A DNA stretch of 62,068 nt from Patescibacteria group bacterium. GTDB lineage: Bacteria > Patescibacteriota > Minisyncoccia > Phycocordibacterales > Phycocordibacteraceae. Below, piece after piece: positions 15,888 to 25,495 of the stretch. Under the pieces are notes generated by a model. The model saw only the letters and a list, made by a program, of their open reading frames with translations. It was not told where the DNA came from and did not search any database. The first letter of the stretch is position 1, and every line of letters starts with the position of its first letter. The stretch spans positions 1 to 62,068 of the forward strand of contig JAJDCJ010000015.1 in the NCBI GenBank assembly GCA_029260935.1. Reading direction: 5' to 3'. A program made the position numbers and the translations under genes.

Positions 15888-16985
15888 ATGACAGTATTTA
15901 TCTTTATTGCCGTCTTAGTTGTTCTCATTGTTGGCCATGAAATGGGGCATTTTTTTGCGGCAAAGTGGATGAAGATGCGTGTGCTTGAGTTCGGTGTTGG
16001 TTTTCCACCAAAAATTTTCGGGAAGAGGTTTAAAAAAGACGGTACTGAATACACCCTTAACTGGATACCTTTTGGTGGATTTGTGCGCATTCTTGGGGAA
16101 GACCCAAAAGATGCTGAAGATCCAGATGCTTTTACAAAAAAGTCACCCTTAGCACAAGCGTTCGTTCTCTTCGCCGGCCCCTTTGCAAACATTGTATTGG
16201 CACTTGTCTTATCATCGGTTGCATTTATGATAGGGGCGCCCACTATCGTAGACTCGCTTGAAGGGAATGAACAGGTACATGACACACGTGTACTTATTGG
16301 TGTGGTGCTCCCTGACTCGCCGGCAGGCAACGCAGGAATTGAAGTGGGTGATGAAGTAGTTTCATTTACAGTAGATGGCACTGTTCAAAAAGTTATAAAC
16401 TCAGAGCACATAAGCGAGGCGGTTCTTCAGTCGTTGGATCCGGTTACTCTCGTTGTCAAAAGAGATGGTAGAGAGCTTCCTTTTGAAGTAGTTGCTGTTT
16501 CCGGTTTAGTTGAGGAAGAGCCAGAACGTCGCGCTATTGGCATTTCAACGGCACTCGTCGGCACTGTTTCCTATGGGCCGTTTGAAGCAGTCGCTCGCGC
16601 ATTCACTAGAACCATAGACAACCTTATCTTTATTACCATTTCTCTTGTGGGACTTTTGGCAAGTGCAGTCACTCTTTCAGCTGACGTCTCGCAAGTGGCC
16701 GGCCCCATTGGTATTGCAGGACTCACCGGGCAGGCAGCCGCATTTGGCTTTGGTTCATTGCTTAGTTTTGCAGCACTCCTTTCTATCAACCTTGGGATTA
16801 TTAACCTATTCCCGTTTCCAGCGCTTGATGGCGGGAGGCTTCTTTTCCTTGGTATTGAAAGTATCTCACGCAGAAAAATCCCTTCGGGGGTTGCCGCTTC
16901 AATCAATACCGTTGGTTTTGGGCTCCTTATTCTCCTCATGATTGCCGTGACCGTGGGGGATATAGGCCGTATTTTTAATATGTAG
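15888..16985 (+). CDS. rseP: RIP site-2 metalloprotease (M50) with PDZ domain
   Basis: HEMGHF zinc motif, PDZ-like segment, C-terminal NLFPFPALDGG. Confidence 0.9.
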   Translation: MTVFIFIAVLVVLIVGHEMGHFFAAKWMKMRVLEFGVGFPPKIFGKRFKKDGTEYTLNWIPFGGFVRILGEDPKDAEDPDAFTKKSPLAQAFVLFAGPFANIVLALVLSSVAFMIGAPTIVDSLEGNEQVHDTRVLIGVVLPDSPAGNAGIEVGDEVVSFTVDGTVQKVINSEHISEAVLQSLDPVTLVVKRDGRELPFEVVAVSGLVEEEPERRAIGISTALVGTVSYGPFEAVARAFTRTIDNLIFITISLVGLLASAVTLSADVSQVAGPIGIAGLTGQAAAFGFGSLLSFAALLSINLGIINLFPFPALDGGRLLFLGIESISRRKIPSGVAASINTVGFGLLILLMIAVTVGDIGRIFNM

Positions 16986-17009
16986 ACAGTTGTGGTATAC
17001 TGTTTGTAT

Positions 17010-17168
17010 ATGATTAATGAAGGATTACAACAAAGATTTGAAACAGACGAAGAAAGGGAGACAAATTTCAGTGTTCCTGAATATGGCTCTAAATCGGAGG
17101 TTATCACACTGGCTGTACTGTCGGTGCTTCTGGGTCTTACTATTGCTTGGCTGGTTATTGATTATTGA
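17010..17168 (+). CDS. Hypothetical 52-aa tail-anchored membrane protein
   Basis: Hand-translated: MINEGLQQRFETDEERETNFSVPEYGSKSEVITLAVLSVLLGLTIAWLVIDY. Confidence 0.35.
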   Translation: MINEGLQQRFETDEERETNFSVPEYGSKSEVITLAVLSVLLGLTIAWLVIDY

Positions 17169-17190
17169 GACAATCTAAAAAATAAGTTTT

Positions 17191-17218
17191 TTGCTTCACT
17201 CAATTTTCAAGGTACAAT
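17191..17218 (+). promoter_or_regulatory. Putative promoter TTGCTT-16 nt-TACAAT, 9 nt before proS ATG
   Basis: Hexamers read directly from the sequence. No Shine-Dalgarno sequence fits in the 9-nt gap. Confidence 0.4.
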
Positions 17219-17227
17219 AGCGCTATT

Positions 17228-18469
17228 ATGCGCGGGTCACACCTTTTTACCAAAACCCGAAGGGAAGCACCAAAAGACGAGGTGTCTAAAAACGCTCAGC
17301 TTTTAATACGTGCTGGCTATATTCATAAGGAGCTTGCGGGGGTGTATAGTCTTTTACCGCTTGGTTTAAGGGTCATTAAAAAAATTGAGCAGGTTATTCG
17401 GGAAGAAATGGAGGCAATTGGTGCGCAAGAAGGCGCCCTTTCCAGTTTACAAGATCCGGATATTTGGAAGAAAACCGATCGGTGGGAAGGAAAGGCCGAC
17501 GATATCTGGCTTAAGACGAAGCTCGCAAATAATACTGAACTCGGCCTTGCATTTTCTCACGAAGAGCCATGGACACGTATTATGCAGGACCACGTCAATT
17601 CGTACCGCGACTTGCCGTTTTCCGCATATCATTTTGCACAGAAGTTTCGTAACGAGTTACGAGCAAAAAGCGGTTTAATGCGCGGGCGTGAGTTTTTAAT
17701 GAAAGATCTTTACTCATTTTCAAAAAACCAAGAGGAACTGGATTCATTTTATGAAGATGTGCGCGTTGCCTACGAAAATGTATTTAAAAGAGTGGGGATA
17801 GGCAACACCACATACTTTACGTTTGCAACAGGGGGGGTGTTTAGTAAATGGAGCCATGAGTTTCAAACGGTTTCTGAGGCAGGAGAAGACACTATTTATA
17901 TTGATAATGAAAAACGTATTGCAGTAAACAAGGAAGTGTATACCGACGATGTTCTGAAAGACCTTGGTCTTACAAAAGAAAATCTTATTGAAGCAAAATC
18001 AATAGAAGTAGGAAACATCTTTAAACTCGGCACACACTATTCAGATGCGCTTGGTTTAGTATTTCAAGACGAGGACGGACATGAAAAACCAGTGGTCATG
18101 GGCTCATACGGTATTGGGCTGGGGCGTCTCATGGGCACAGTTGCTGAAATATTGAGCGACGAGAAAGGTCTCGTGTGGCCTGAGTCAATTGCACCATTTA
18201 CGTATCACATTGTATCTCTTGCAGGAGGTGACGAAGCAACTGAGGCACGGGCGACTTCTTTATATGAGGCAATGATAACGCGCGGTATTTCTGTACTCTA
18301 TGACGATCGCGAAGTGCGGGCAGGTGAAAAGTTTGCCGACTCAGACCTTATCGGTATCCCATACCGCATTGTGGTCGGCAAAAAAAGCACCGATGACTTG
18401 TTTGAAGTAATACGTCGCTCAAACGGTGAAGTGCTCTCAATGACCCGCGACGAATTAGTCGGCGGATAG
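17228..18469 (+). CDS. proS: Prolyl-tRNA synthetase, compact form (413 aa, no INS editing domain)
   Basis: N-terminus MRGSHLFTKTRREAPKDEVSKNAQLLIRAGYI...LPLGLRVIKKIEQVIREEM; class II motifs; C-terminal anticodon-binding domain. Confidence 0.85.
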   Translation: MRGSHLFTKTRREAPKDEVSKNAQLLIRAGYIHKELAGVYSLLPLGLRVIKKIEQVIREEMEAIGAQEGALSSLQDPDIWKKTDRWEGKADDIWLKTKLANNTELGLAFSHEEPWTRIMQDHVNSYRDLPFSAYHFAQKFRNELRAKSGLMRGREFLMKDLYSFSKNQEELDSFYEDVRVAYENVFKRVGIGNTTYFTFATGGVFSKWSHEFQTVSEAGEDTIYIDNEKRIAVNKEVYTDDVLKDLGLTKENLIEAKSIEVGNIFKLGTHYSDALGLVFQDEDGHEKPVVMGSYGIGLGRLMGTVAEILSDEKGLVWPESIAPFTYHIVSLAGGDEATEARATSLYEAMITRGISVLYDDREVRAGEKFADSDLIGIPYRIVVGKKSTDDLFEVIRRSNGEVLSMTRDELVGG

Positions 18470-18473
18470 GAAT

Positions 18474-19538
18474 ATGAAATGGAAACTTCCCAAAAGTATT
18501 ACAGGACAATTTTCTCGCGCAATTGGTATTGACCTTGGTACGGCAAACACGTTGGTATATGTGGAAGGTAAGGGCGTCTTAATCAATGAGCCATCAGTAG
18601 TTGCCCTCAACCAAAAAACAGGTCAAGTGGTTGCTGTCGGATCTCAGGCAAAAGACATGCTGGGCCGCACCCCCGGACACATTACTGCTGTGCGTCCACT
18701 CGTTGAAGGTGTCGTGTCTGACTTTGAAGTGACTGAGGAGATGCTGGCATATTTAATACACAAAGCACAAGGAGATGACAAACCTCTCTTAGGTCCGAAA
18801 GTTGTTATAGGGGTACCAAGTGGTATTACAAACGTTGAAATAAGAGCAGTACGTGATGCTGCAAAAAATGCCGGCGCGCGTGAAGTGTATATTCTTGAAG
18901 AGCCCATGGCAGCGGCGGTCGGTGCACGTCTTCCGGTGCATGAGGCCCTCGGTACCATGATTATTGATATTGGTGGCGGCAACACCGACATTGCACTCAT
19001 GTCGCTCGGCGGTATTGTGCGTTCAAAAAATGTACGCATTGCAGGTGACACCCTCAACCAAGATATTGCAGGTTACATTAGGAACGAATTCAAGATTTTA
19101 GTAGGAGAAAAAACGGCCGAAGATATTAAAATTGCAGTCGGTAGTGTCGTAAAACAAACAGTCCCATTACAGACAACTATTCGCGGACGTGATTTAGTAA
19201 GTGGTCTTCCCAGAGAAATCGTAATTACTGATGCTGATGTGCGTGAAGCCATCGCCTCATCAGTCGCGTCAATTATTGAAGCGGTAAAAGAAGTTATTGA
19301 AACGGCGCCACCTGAGATTGTTGCTGACGTTATGCGTCTCGGTATTTACATGACGGGTGGCGGTTCACTTTTGCGCGGTCTTCCTGAGTTGTTTGCACTA
19401 GAGCTTAAAGTACCTATGCACGTAGTTGATGAGCCACTCACTACCGTTGTCCGCGGTACAGGTTTAGTGCTTGCTGAGTTAGAAAAATATAGAGCGGTCT
19501 TATTAGACGACGATGATTATGCACTTCCGTTCCAATAA
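18474..19538 (+). CDS. mreB: Rod-shape actin homolog MreB (paralog 2), heads the mreBCD-PBP2 operon
   Basis: GIDLGTANTLVY, NEPSVVA, MIIDIGGGNTD, MTGGGSLLRGL. Confidence 0.9.
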   Translation: MKWKLPKSITGQFSRAIGIDLGTANTLVYVEGKGVLINEPSVVALNQKTGQVVAVGSQAKDMLGRTPGHITAVRPLVEGVVSDFEVTEEMLAYLIHKAQGDDKPLLGPKVVIGVPSGITNVEIRAVRDAAKNAGAREVYILEEPMAAAVGARLPVHEALGTMIIDIGGGNTDIALMSLGGIVRSKNVRIAGDTLNQDIAGYIRNEFKILVGEKTAEDIKIAVGSVVKQTVPLQTTIRGRDLVSGLPREIVITDADVREAIASSVASIIEAVKEVIETAPPEIVADVMRLGIYMTGGGSLLRGLPELFALELKVPMHVVDEPLTTVVRGTGLVLAELEKYRAVLLDDDDYALPFQ

Positions 19539-20283
19539 AAGAGTCAAACCAACTGCCGTTATCGTTCCAGTTTTTTTCGGTATTGTATTTTTGGTTGCAG
19601 TATTTTTTCATAACACATTATTTGGATATCTGACTGCTCTTGTTAATCTTTCTTCAGTATCTAAAACCGACCAATACGCTCTGCTGTCCAAAAAGGATTT
19701 ATCAGCACGCCTAGTTGAAGCTGAAGAGAGGCTCAGTCGGGTTTCCTACCAGGCGGTTCTGTACACTATTTTATTTGAGGAAAACAAAAAACTAGAGAGG
19801 GCGCTTGCACTGCGTCCTGATATGGCAGTGGGTACAGGTCGCGTTATAGCGCGTCCACCGCGCACCCACTTTGATACTTTTTTAGTGGAATTAAATGCAG
19901 ACAACGTGGTGCGTGTCGGTGACCAGGTCTTTTTTGAAAACTTTCTCTTAGGTGAAGTGGTGACTGTGTCAAAACAGTCTGCGCGGGTCTCTCTCTTTTC
20001 ATCCTCAGGAACCACCATTGATGCGCGAGTGGGAGCGCCCTCAGGTATTGTGGTGATGCGTGGTTTAGGCGGAGGTTCGTTTGTATTTGATATCCCTGAT
20101 CAAGTAGTTATTTCAGTTGGTGATCCAATCACTGACCAGTCTCAAGGCACACACATCATTGCCTTTGTTGATAGCATTGTTGAACATCCTGACTCTACGT
20201 TAAAAACAGTGCGCGCCTATACTCCTGTGTCGTTTTCAAATATTAATTACGTAACGTTTGTCAGAACAAACTCTGACCTATGA
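19513..20283 (+). CDS. mreC: Rod shape-determining protein MreC
   Basis: N-terminal TM, coiled-coil (LEEENKKLERAL), beta-rich C-terminal domain; position after mreB. Confidence 0.75.
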   Translation: MIMHFRSNKRVKPTAVIVPVFFGIVFLVAVFFHNTLFGYLTALVNLSSVSKTDQYALLSKKDLSARLVEAEERLSRVSYQAVLYTILFEENKKLERALALRPDMAVGTGRVIARPPRTHFDTFLVELNADNVVRVGDQVFFENFLLGEVVTVSKQSARVSLFSSSGTTIDARVGAPSGIVVMRGLGGGSFVFDIPDQVVISVGDPITDQSQGTHIIAFVDSIVEHPDSTLKTVRAYTPVSFSNINYVTFVRTNSDL

Positions 20284-20534
20284 TTCGGATTTTTTTTGTA
20301 ATACTTTTTTTCATAAGTGTCTTTGTGACTCCGTGGTGGGTGATTGTACCGTTGGGCATTGTACTTCTCGCATACTTTGAAGCATATCTGTCTGTACTTC
20401 TTGGAGGGCTTATTGTAGACACACTTTTTGGTGTACCGCTGTCAGGGGTGTTTGGTATCACATATTTTTACACGGCTGTTTTTGTCATCCTCATCTTTTC
20501 AACCCTTCTATTAAGACTGCGTTTGCTAGAATAA
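20280..20534 (+). CDS. mreD: MreD-like small polytopic membrane protein
   Basis: 84 aa, 3 TM, 4-nt overlap with mreC; position between mreC and PBP2. Confidence 0.55.
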   Translation: MIRIFFVILFFISVFVTPWWVIVPLGIVLLAYFEAYLSVLLGGLIVDTLFGVPLSGVFGITYFYTAVFVILIFSTLLLRLRLLE

Positions 20535-20538
20535 AGGT

Positions 20539-22215
20539 ATGCGTATACGGCGAAAGAAAAAATATCAACCAATAGAGCCAGATGAAATACTTATTGATGC
20601 ACAAAACCTTCCCGGTTTTGACACGACGCAACTTGAGGGGCGTATTGAAAGTCCAATAGAACGAACGGCGTTTAGGAACTTTTCTATCATCGTGGCTTTA
20701 GTGTTTACTGTCTTTCTTGCACAACTTCTGAATTTACAAATAGTAAGTGTTGATACATTCAAAGCCCGCGCTGAGGCAAACCGCCTTGATCAGACATTAA
20801 TTATTTCAGAGCGTGGACGTATCGTTGACAGAAACGGAAGTCCGCTTGCACTTAATGACCCACAAGAGGAATTAGGATATGCCGAACGTTTGTATCCACT
20901 CGGTGAGGCATCGGCGCATATTTTAGGATATGTATCCTATCCAAAAAAAGATACGAATGGATTTTGGTTTCAAACGTCGCTTGATGGTGTTGCGGGTATT
21001 GAGTCTTCAGATAACGAAGCACTTGCGGGCATAAACGGTGTTGAAATTAAGGAAACAAATGCAATTGGAGACATCGTCTCAGGAAGTATTGTGCGCCCTC
21101 CTAAAAGCGGGCAAGAGCTTCAACTGTCGCTGGACGCTGGGTTACAAAAAAAACTCTATGACTTGATTGAAGAGCGCTCAATTGATGCTTCTTTTGTGGG
21201 AGGGTCGGGGATTATCATGGACGTTACCACGGGACAAATACACGCACTTGTCAGTTATCCTTCATTTGACCCAGCGACCCTCACGTCAGGAGAGCCACCT
21301 GAGCTCGTGCAATCTTATTTATTAGACGCGCGAGCACCGTTTCTTAATAGGGCACTTTCCGGGCTCTATACCCCGGGCTCAGTGGTGAAGCCATTTGTAG
21401 CGGTTGCCGCACTTGAGGAAAATATTATCACTCCGGAGAAAAAAATCCTCTCCACAGGTTCCATTTCAGTTCCTAATCCGTACAATCCCACCCTTCCCTC
21501 GGTGTTTCGCGACTGGAAGGCACACGGCTGGGTAAACATACGCGAGGCGATCGCCGTGTCGTCTGATGTTTATTTTTACGAAGTCGGTGGCGGTTTTGAA
21601 GATCAACCAGGTTTAGGTATTAGTACTCTTGAAGAGTACATGCGCCTGTTTGGTTTTGGCGCGCCCACTGGTATTGCTCTTTTAGGCGAGGAACGTGGCG
21701 TCATTCCAAATCCTGAATGGAAGGCACATACTTTTGGTGGAGAGCGGTGGTTTCTTGGCAACACGTACCACACAGCAATTGGACAATACGGTTTTCAAGT
21801 GACCACTCTACAGTTGGTTCGTGCAATAGCAGCAATTGCAAATGGTGGCACGTTAGTGACTCCAACTCTTGAAAAAGGAGCGTCAGGTAAAAAAAAGAAA
21901 ATAGGTGTGGATGGAAAAAATATCACCATAGTGCGCGAAGGGATGCGTATGGCAGTCAGAGAAGGAACTGCAGCGGCACTCAACGTAAGCGGAGTATCAG
22001 ATGCTGCAAAAACAGGAACCGCAGAAGTGGGTCTGCATAAGGAATTTATCAACTCGCTTGTGGTAGGTTTTTTTCCGTATGAAGAACCAAAGTTTGCGTT
22101 CGCCGTCGTCATGGAGCGCGCAAAAGCAGGCACAGTAGCTGGTGCACCGTTGGTTATGAAAAATATACTTGAATGGATGAAAACAGAACGCCCCGAAGCG
22201 TTTACCGTTCAGTAA
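20539..22215 (+). CDS. mrdA: Penicillin-binding protein 2 (elongasome transpeptidase)
   Basis: SVVKP (SxxK), SSDVYF (SxN-like), KTGTAE. Confidence 0.85.
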   Translation: MRIRRKKKYQPIEPDEILIDAQNLPGFDTTQLEGRIESPIERTAFRNFSIIVALVFTVFLAQLLNLQIVSVDTFKARAEANRLDQTLIISERGRIVDRNGSPLALNDPQEELGYAERLYPLGEASAHILGYVSYPKKDTNGFWFQTSLDGVAGIESSDNEALAGINGVEIKETNAIGDIVSGSIVRPPKSGQELQLSLDAGLQKKLYDLIEERSIDASFVGGSGIIMDVTTGQIHALVSYPSFDPATLTSGEPPELVQSYLLDARAPFLNRALSGLYTPGSVVKPFVAVAALEENIITPEKKILSTGSISVPNPYNPTLPSVFRDWKAHGWVNIREAIAVSSDVYFYEVGGGFEDQPGLGISTLEEYMRLFGFGAPTGIALLGEERGVIPNPEWKAHTFGGERWFLGNTYHTAIGQYGFQVTTLQLVRAIAAIANGGTLVTPTLEKGASGKKKKIGVDGKNITIVREGMRMAVREGTAAALNVSGVSDAAKTGTAEVGLHKEFINSLVVGFFPYEEPKFAFAVVMERAKAGTVAGAPLVMKNILEWMKTERPEAFTVQ

Positions 22216-22263
22216 AACGCTCCACATTGACTCCCTCGTATAACACTATAGAATACTGATACT

Positions 22264-22761
22264 ATGATATCTAAAAAATTACCAGCTTCAGATGATCAGG
22301 AAAATGAAAATTTCTTGACACAGGAGAAGTTTGATTCCCTAAAAGAAGAGTTAGAAAAACTGACTACTATTACCCGAAAGGAAATTGCGGAAAGTCTTGA
22401 GTACGCGCGAAGTCTCGGCGATCTATCTGAAAATGCAGAGTATCAAGCGGCGCGTGAATTACAGGCCGCAACAGAAGACCGTATTGCCAGATTTGAAAAA
22501 CTTATTAAATCAGCCGTTATCATTTCTGAGAAGAAAAAAGGCATTGTTGGTTTTGGCTCAGAAGTGACTATTTGCAAAAAGGGAGATAAGGAAAAACACA
22601 CCTATACTATTGTAGGGAGTGAAGAAGCAGATATGCGAGAGAAAAAAATCTCTCATCTCTCACCGTTAGGGCAAGCGCTTATGGGCAGAAAAAAAGGCGA
22701 GAAATTTTCATTTAAAACCCCCAGCGGCATGCAAGACTACGCAATAGTTGGTATTGTCTGA
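22264..22761 (+). CDS. greA: Transcription elongation factor GreA
   Basis: GDLSENAEYQAARE coiled-coil tip, C-terminal FKBP-like domain. Confidence 0.9.
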   Translation: MISKKLPASDDQENENFLTQEKFDSLKEELEKLTTITRKEIAESLEYARSLGDLSENAEYQAARELQAATEDRIARFEKLIKSAVIISEKKKGIVGFGSEVTICKKGDKEKHTYTIVGSEEADMREKKISHLSPLGQALMGRKKGEKFSFKTPSGMQDYAIVGIV

Positions 22762-22832
22762 TCCCGCATGTGCTATTTTTCTCATCATACATCTCTTCAT
22801 AAAGTCAGCAGAAGAGAAAGTAATTTGATATT

Positions 22833-24401
22833 ATGCAGACAATGAAAAGTGGGAGAAGATTTAGTTTTTCAAAAGTAAAAAACGGAGCTTTGTGGGCGTC
22901 CGCGGTGGCGGATGAAATTATTGCCACCCATCCGGACGCAGCGCTCTATACGACCGCCGCCGGTATCAGTCCCTCAGGAGTAGTACACTTTGGGAATTTT
23001 CGTGATGTCGTAACGTCACATCTTGTGCGAGAAGCGCTCAAAGAAAAAAGGAAAAACACTCGACTTATTTTTTCATGGGATAATTTCGACCGTTTTCGCA
23101 AAGTACCGAAAGGAGTACCTGAATCATTTATCGAACACATTGGTAAACCCCTTTCAAAGATCCCTGATCCATTTGGAGAGCTTCCTTCTTATGCTGAGCG
23201 GTTCCAGCGCCCTTTCGTTGAAGCCATGAAAATGCTTGATATCGAGATCGAATACCGCAACCAAACCGAACTCCACGAAAGCGGAGTATATGATGAAGCG
23301 ATTTTCCATGCGCTTAGTGAACGTCTGAAAATCGCCGACATTCTTCTTTCATTTATGACTGAAAAAGCAAAAGGTGAGAAGGGAATTGATCCTGAAGTGT
23401 ACCGGGAAAATTATTACCCGATTGCAGTTTACTCAAAATTTACTGGCAAAGATGCAACAAAAATACTGAATTACGATGGTGGTACGTGTATTACATATCT
23501 TTGTGCTGAAACCGGAAAAGAAGATACCGTTGATTTATCAAAGGAACACATTGCTAAGCTTGCATGGAAACCTGACTGGGCAATGCGTTGGCGACATGAA
23601 CAAGTGCACTTTGAGCCAGGTGGTCACGATCATGCCTCACCAGGAGGAAGCTATGATACCGCGTCAACTATTACAAAAGAAGTGTTTAATTACGAACCCC
23701 CAGTTTTTATTGAATATAAATTTGTAGGTATTCAAGGACTTGGTTCAAAAATGTCTGGCTCAAAAGGAAATGCAATATCTCCACTGGAGCTGCTTGATAT
23801 TTATGAACCAGATCTTCTTAAATGGCTCTATTTCCGCAAATCACCAGATCAGTCATTTGAACTCGCTTTTAATACTGAGATATATCGTCAATATGACGAG
23901 TATGATTTAGCGCATCCTGAGCATAATGTTGTACCATTTCGACAAGTAGTTGGTTTTGGACAAATTGTTCAGTGGCAGAAAGATAAACTAGAAACGGTTT
24001 TAACCGCGCATGGTTTTAATTATTCCAAGGAAAGTATTACGTCTCGAATTCCGCTTGCAAAAAATTGGGTGACAAAATATAACCCAGACGAGCTTATTGT
24101 ATTAAATGTGGATCTTAATACAGTCTATGTTGCTACGCTCACTGACCTACGAAAACAACAAATACGCACGCTTCATGATCAGTTAATGAAAGGCGAAGGA
24201 GTAAGTATTTCTGAATTAGAGACAATGATTTATCATGTACCAAAAACACCAGGATTAGAGGGGGTGGAGTTAAAAAAAGAACAACGAGATTTTTTTAAGG
24301 ATGTATACAACCTGCTTATAGGAAGGGATATTGGTCCGCGCCTCAGCACGTTTCTGTGGGCAGTAGACAGAAACCAAGTACTCAAACTCTTAGCGCTGTA
24401 A
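22833..24401 (+). CDS. lysK: Lysyl-tRNA synthetase, class I
   Basis: SPSGVVHFGNFRDV (HIGH-type) and KMSGSKGN (KMSKS-type); ~520 aa, typical of LysRS-I rather than the class II LysS. Confidence 0.85.
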   Translation: MQTMKSGRRFSFSKVKNGALWASAVADEIIATHPDAALYTTAAGISPSGVVHFGNFRDVVTSHLVREALKEKRKNTRLIFSWDNFDRFRKVPKGVPESFIEHIGKPLSKIPDPFGELPSYAERFQRPFVEAMKMLDIEIEYRNQTELHESGVYDEAIFHALSERLKIADILLSFMTEKAKGEKGIDPEVYRENYYPIAVYSKFTGKDATKILNYDGGTCITYLCAETGKEDTVDLSKEHIAKLAWKPDWAMRWRHEQVHFEPGGHDHASPGGSYDTASTITKEVFNYEPPVFIEYKFVGIQGLGSKMSGSKGNAISPLELLDIYEPDLLKWLYFRKSPDQSFELAFNTEIYRQYDEYDLAHPEHNVVPFRQVVGFGQIVQWQKDKLETVLTAHGFNYSKESITSRIPLAKNWVTKYNPDELIVLNVDLNTVYVATLTDLRKQQIRTLHDQLMKGEGVSISELETMIYHVPKTPGLEGVELKKEQRDFFKDVYNLLIGRDIGPRLSTFLWAVDRNQVLKLLAL

Positions 24402-24496
24402 TCTGTTAGACATAGTTATTCCCCCTCATGCGTCCGAAAGAGTAACTATATTTGTCGTTTGACAGGTGGGGCCATTTTTTGTATAGTCTTTTATAT

Positions 24497-24709
24497 ATGA
24501 ATGAAAACCCTCTTAGAGCTTCATTTCACGGTGGCCCTGACCACCATAACCATCATCACAGTGGAGGAGGAGATAAATGGGAGTGGATTGTTCCGTTGGG
24601 CTTTATAACTATTGTTGCTGCCATCGGGTTTGGTAAAATGTTTATTGAGAACTGGATGATAGACACTGGTCTGCTCCCGGACCCGAACGATTGTATTTGC
24701 CCTGAATAA
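24497..24709 (+). CDS. Hypothetical small membrane protein with His-rich N-terminus
   Basis: MNENPLRASFHGGPDHHNHHHSGGG then TM segment IVPLGFITIVAAIGFG. ATG 24497 within track ORF 24452... Confidence 0.45.
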   Translation: MNENPLRASFHGGPDHHNHHHSGGGDKWEWIVPLGFITIVAAIGFGKMFIENWMIDTGLLPDPNDCICPE

Positions 24710-24779
24710 TTTTTTCTGAAAAACTCTCCTCACTGCACTGCGGGGTTTCTGCTATACCATACCCCATACCCCTCAGAAT

Positions 24780-24802
24780 ATGTAGCCGTCCGACAGCTAC
24801 AT
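24780..24802. repeat. REP-like palindrome (1 mismatch) abutting the RAYT stop codon
   Basis: ATGTAGCCGTCCGACAGCTACAT. Confidence 0.85.
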
Positions 24803-24805
24803 ATT

Positions 24806-25486
24806 TTATTCAAGGGTGACGGACTCTTCAACATCAAAACCTTTTAATTCGCGTGCTATGGTTTTCTTATAATTTTGCTCGCCACCGAATATTTCAAGAA
24901 AGAACTTTCGGTTCGTGACCGAAGGAAAGTTTTGAAGACCAAGATAATCGCGATGGCTTGACCAACGGTATTGTTCAAGAAACTCTATAGCCTGCTTTGG
25001 TTTGGCGGGACACTGGCGTCGCCATTCTGGGGTATGCATATCAAGCGGGTTGAAGTGAATGTAAAAAGGGATGAAGTTAAAGTGTGCCTGCGTTGTTATA
25101 GGCACCGATTTATATCCCCCTTGCCACAACGCACCCACGCGATCGTTTTTATTATTGAAATACTGGGTGTAACCTGCATTCAACTTTTTCATAAAGAGCG
25201 GAATGCCATTTTCAACAATAGGGGAGAGTAAGAGGTGATAGTGGTTCGGCATCAGTGCAAAACAATGAATATGCACCAGAAGTTCACGTTTCCGTTTTCC
25301 CCTGTTTTTAAAATGTAGCTGTCGGACAGCTACATTTTTATTAAAACGAGTAGTCCCACGAGTTCCTACGGGAGCGGTGTCATTGAATTCATACATATCG
25401 TGGATAAAGCGCAGATAATCTTTCTCATTGAGGAAAACCTTTCGTTTATCAACTCCACGGTTTAGAATATGAAAAAAATCAAGCAT
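24806..25486 (-). CDS. REP-associated tyrosine transposase (RAYT; IS200/IS605-like Y1 HUH enzyme)
   Basis: FHILNRGVDKRKVF, HUH motif LMPNHYHLLL, later Tyr-containing helix region. Flanked on both sides by the REP palindrome. Confidence 0.8.
   Translation of the reverse strand: MLDFFHILNRGVDKRKVFLNEKDYLRFIHDMYEFNDTAPVGTRGTTRFNKNVAVRQLHFKNRGKRKRELLVHIHCFALMPNHYHLLLSPIVENGIPLFMKKLNAGYTQYFNNKNDRVGALWQGGYKSVPITTQAHFNFIPFYIHFNPLDMHTPEWRRQCPAKPKQAIEFLEQYRWSSHRDYLGLQNFPSVTNRKFFLEIFGGEQNYKKTIARELKGFDVEESVTLE
25313..25335. repeat. REP-like palindrome located in frame inside the RAYT ORF
   Basis: ATGTAGCTGTCGGACAGCTACAT encodes NVAVRQLH on the minus strand. Confidence 0.9.
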
Positions 25487-25495
25487 ATATGCAAT

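Noticed and set aside
15770-17107. ORFs 15770..16381(-), 16571..17107(-) and 16645..16941(+)
   Set aside because: They are antisense or alternative frames of the rseP gene, which has clear HEMGHF and PDZ motifs.
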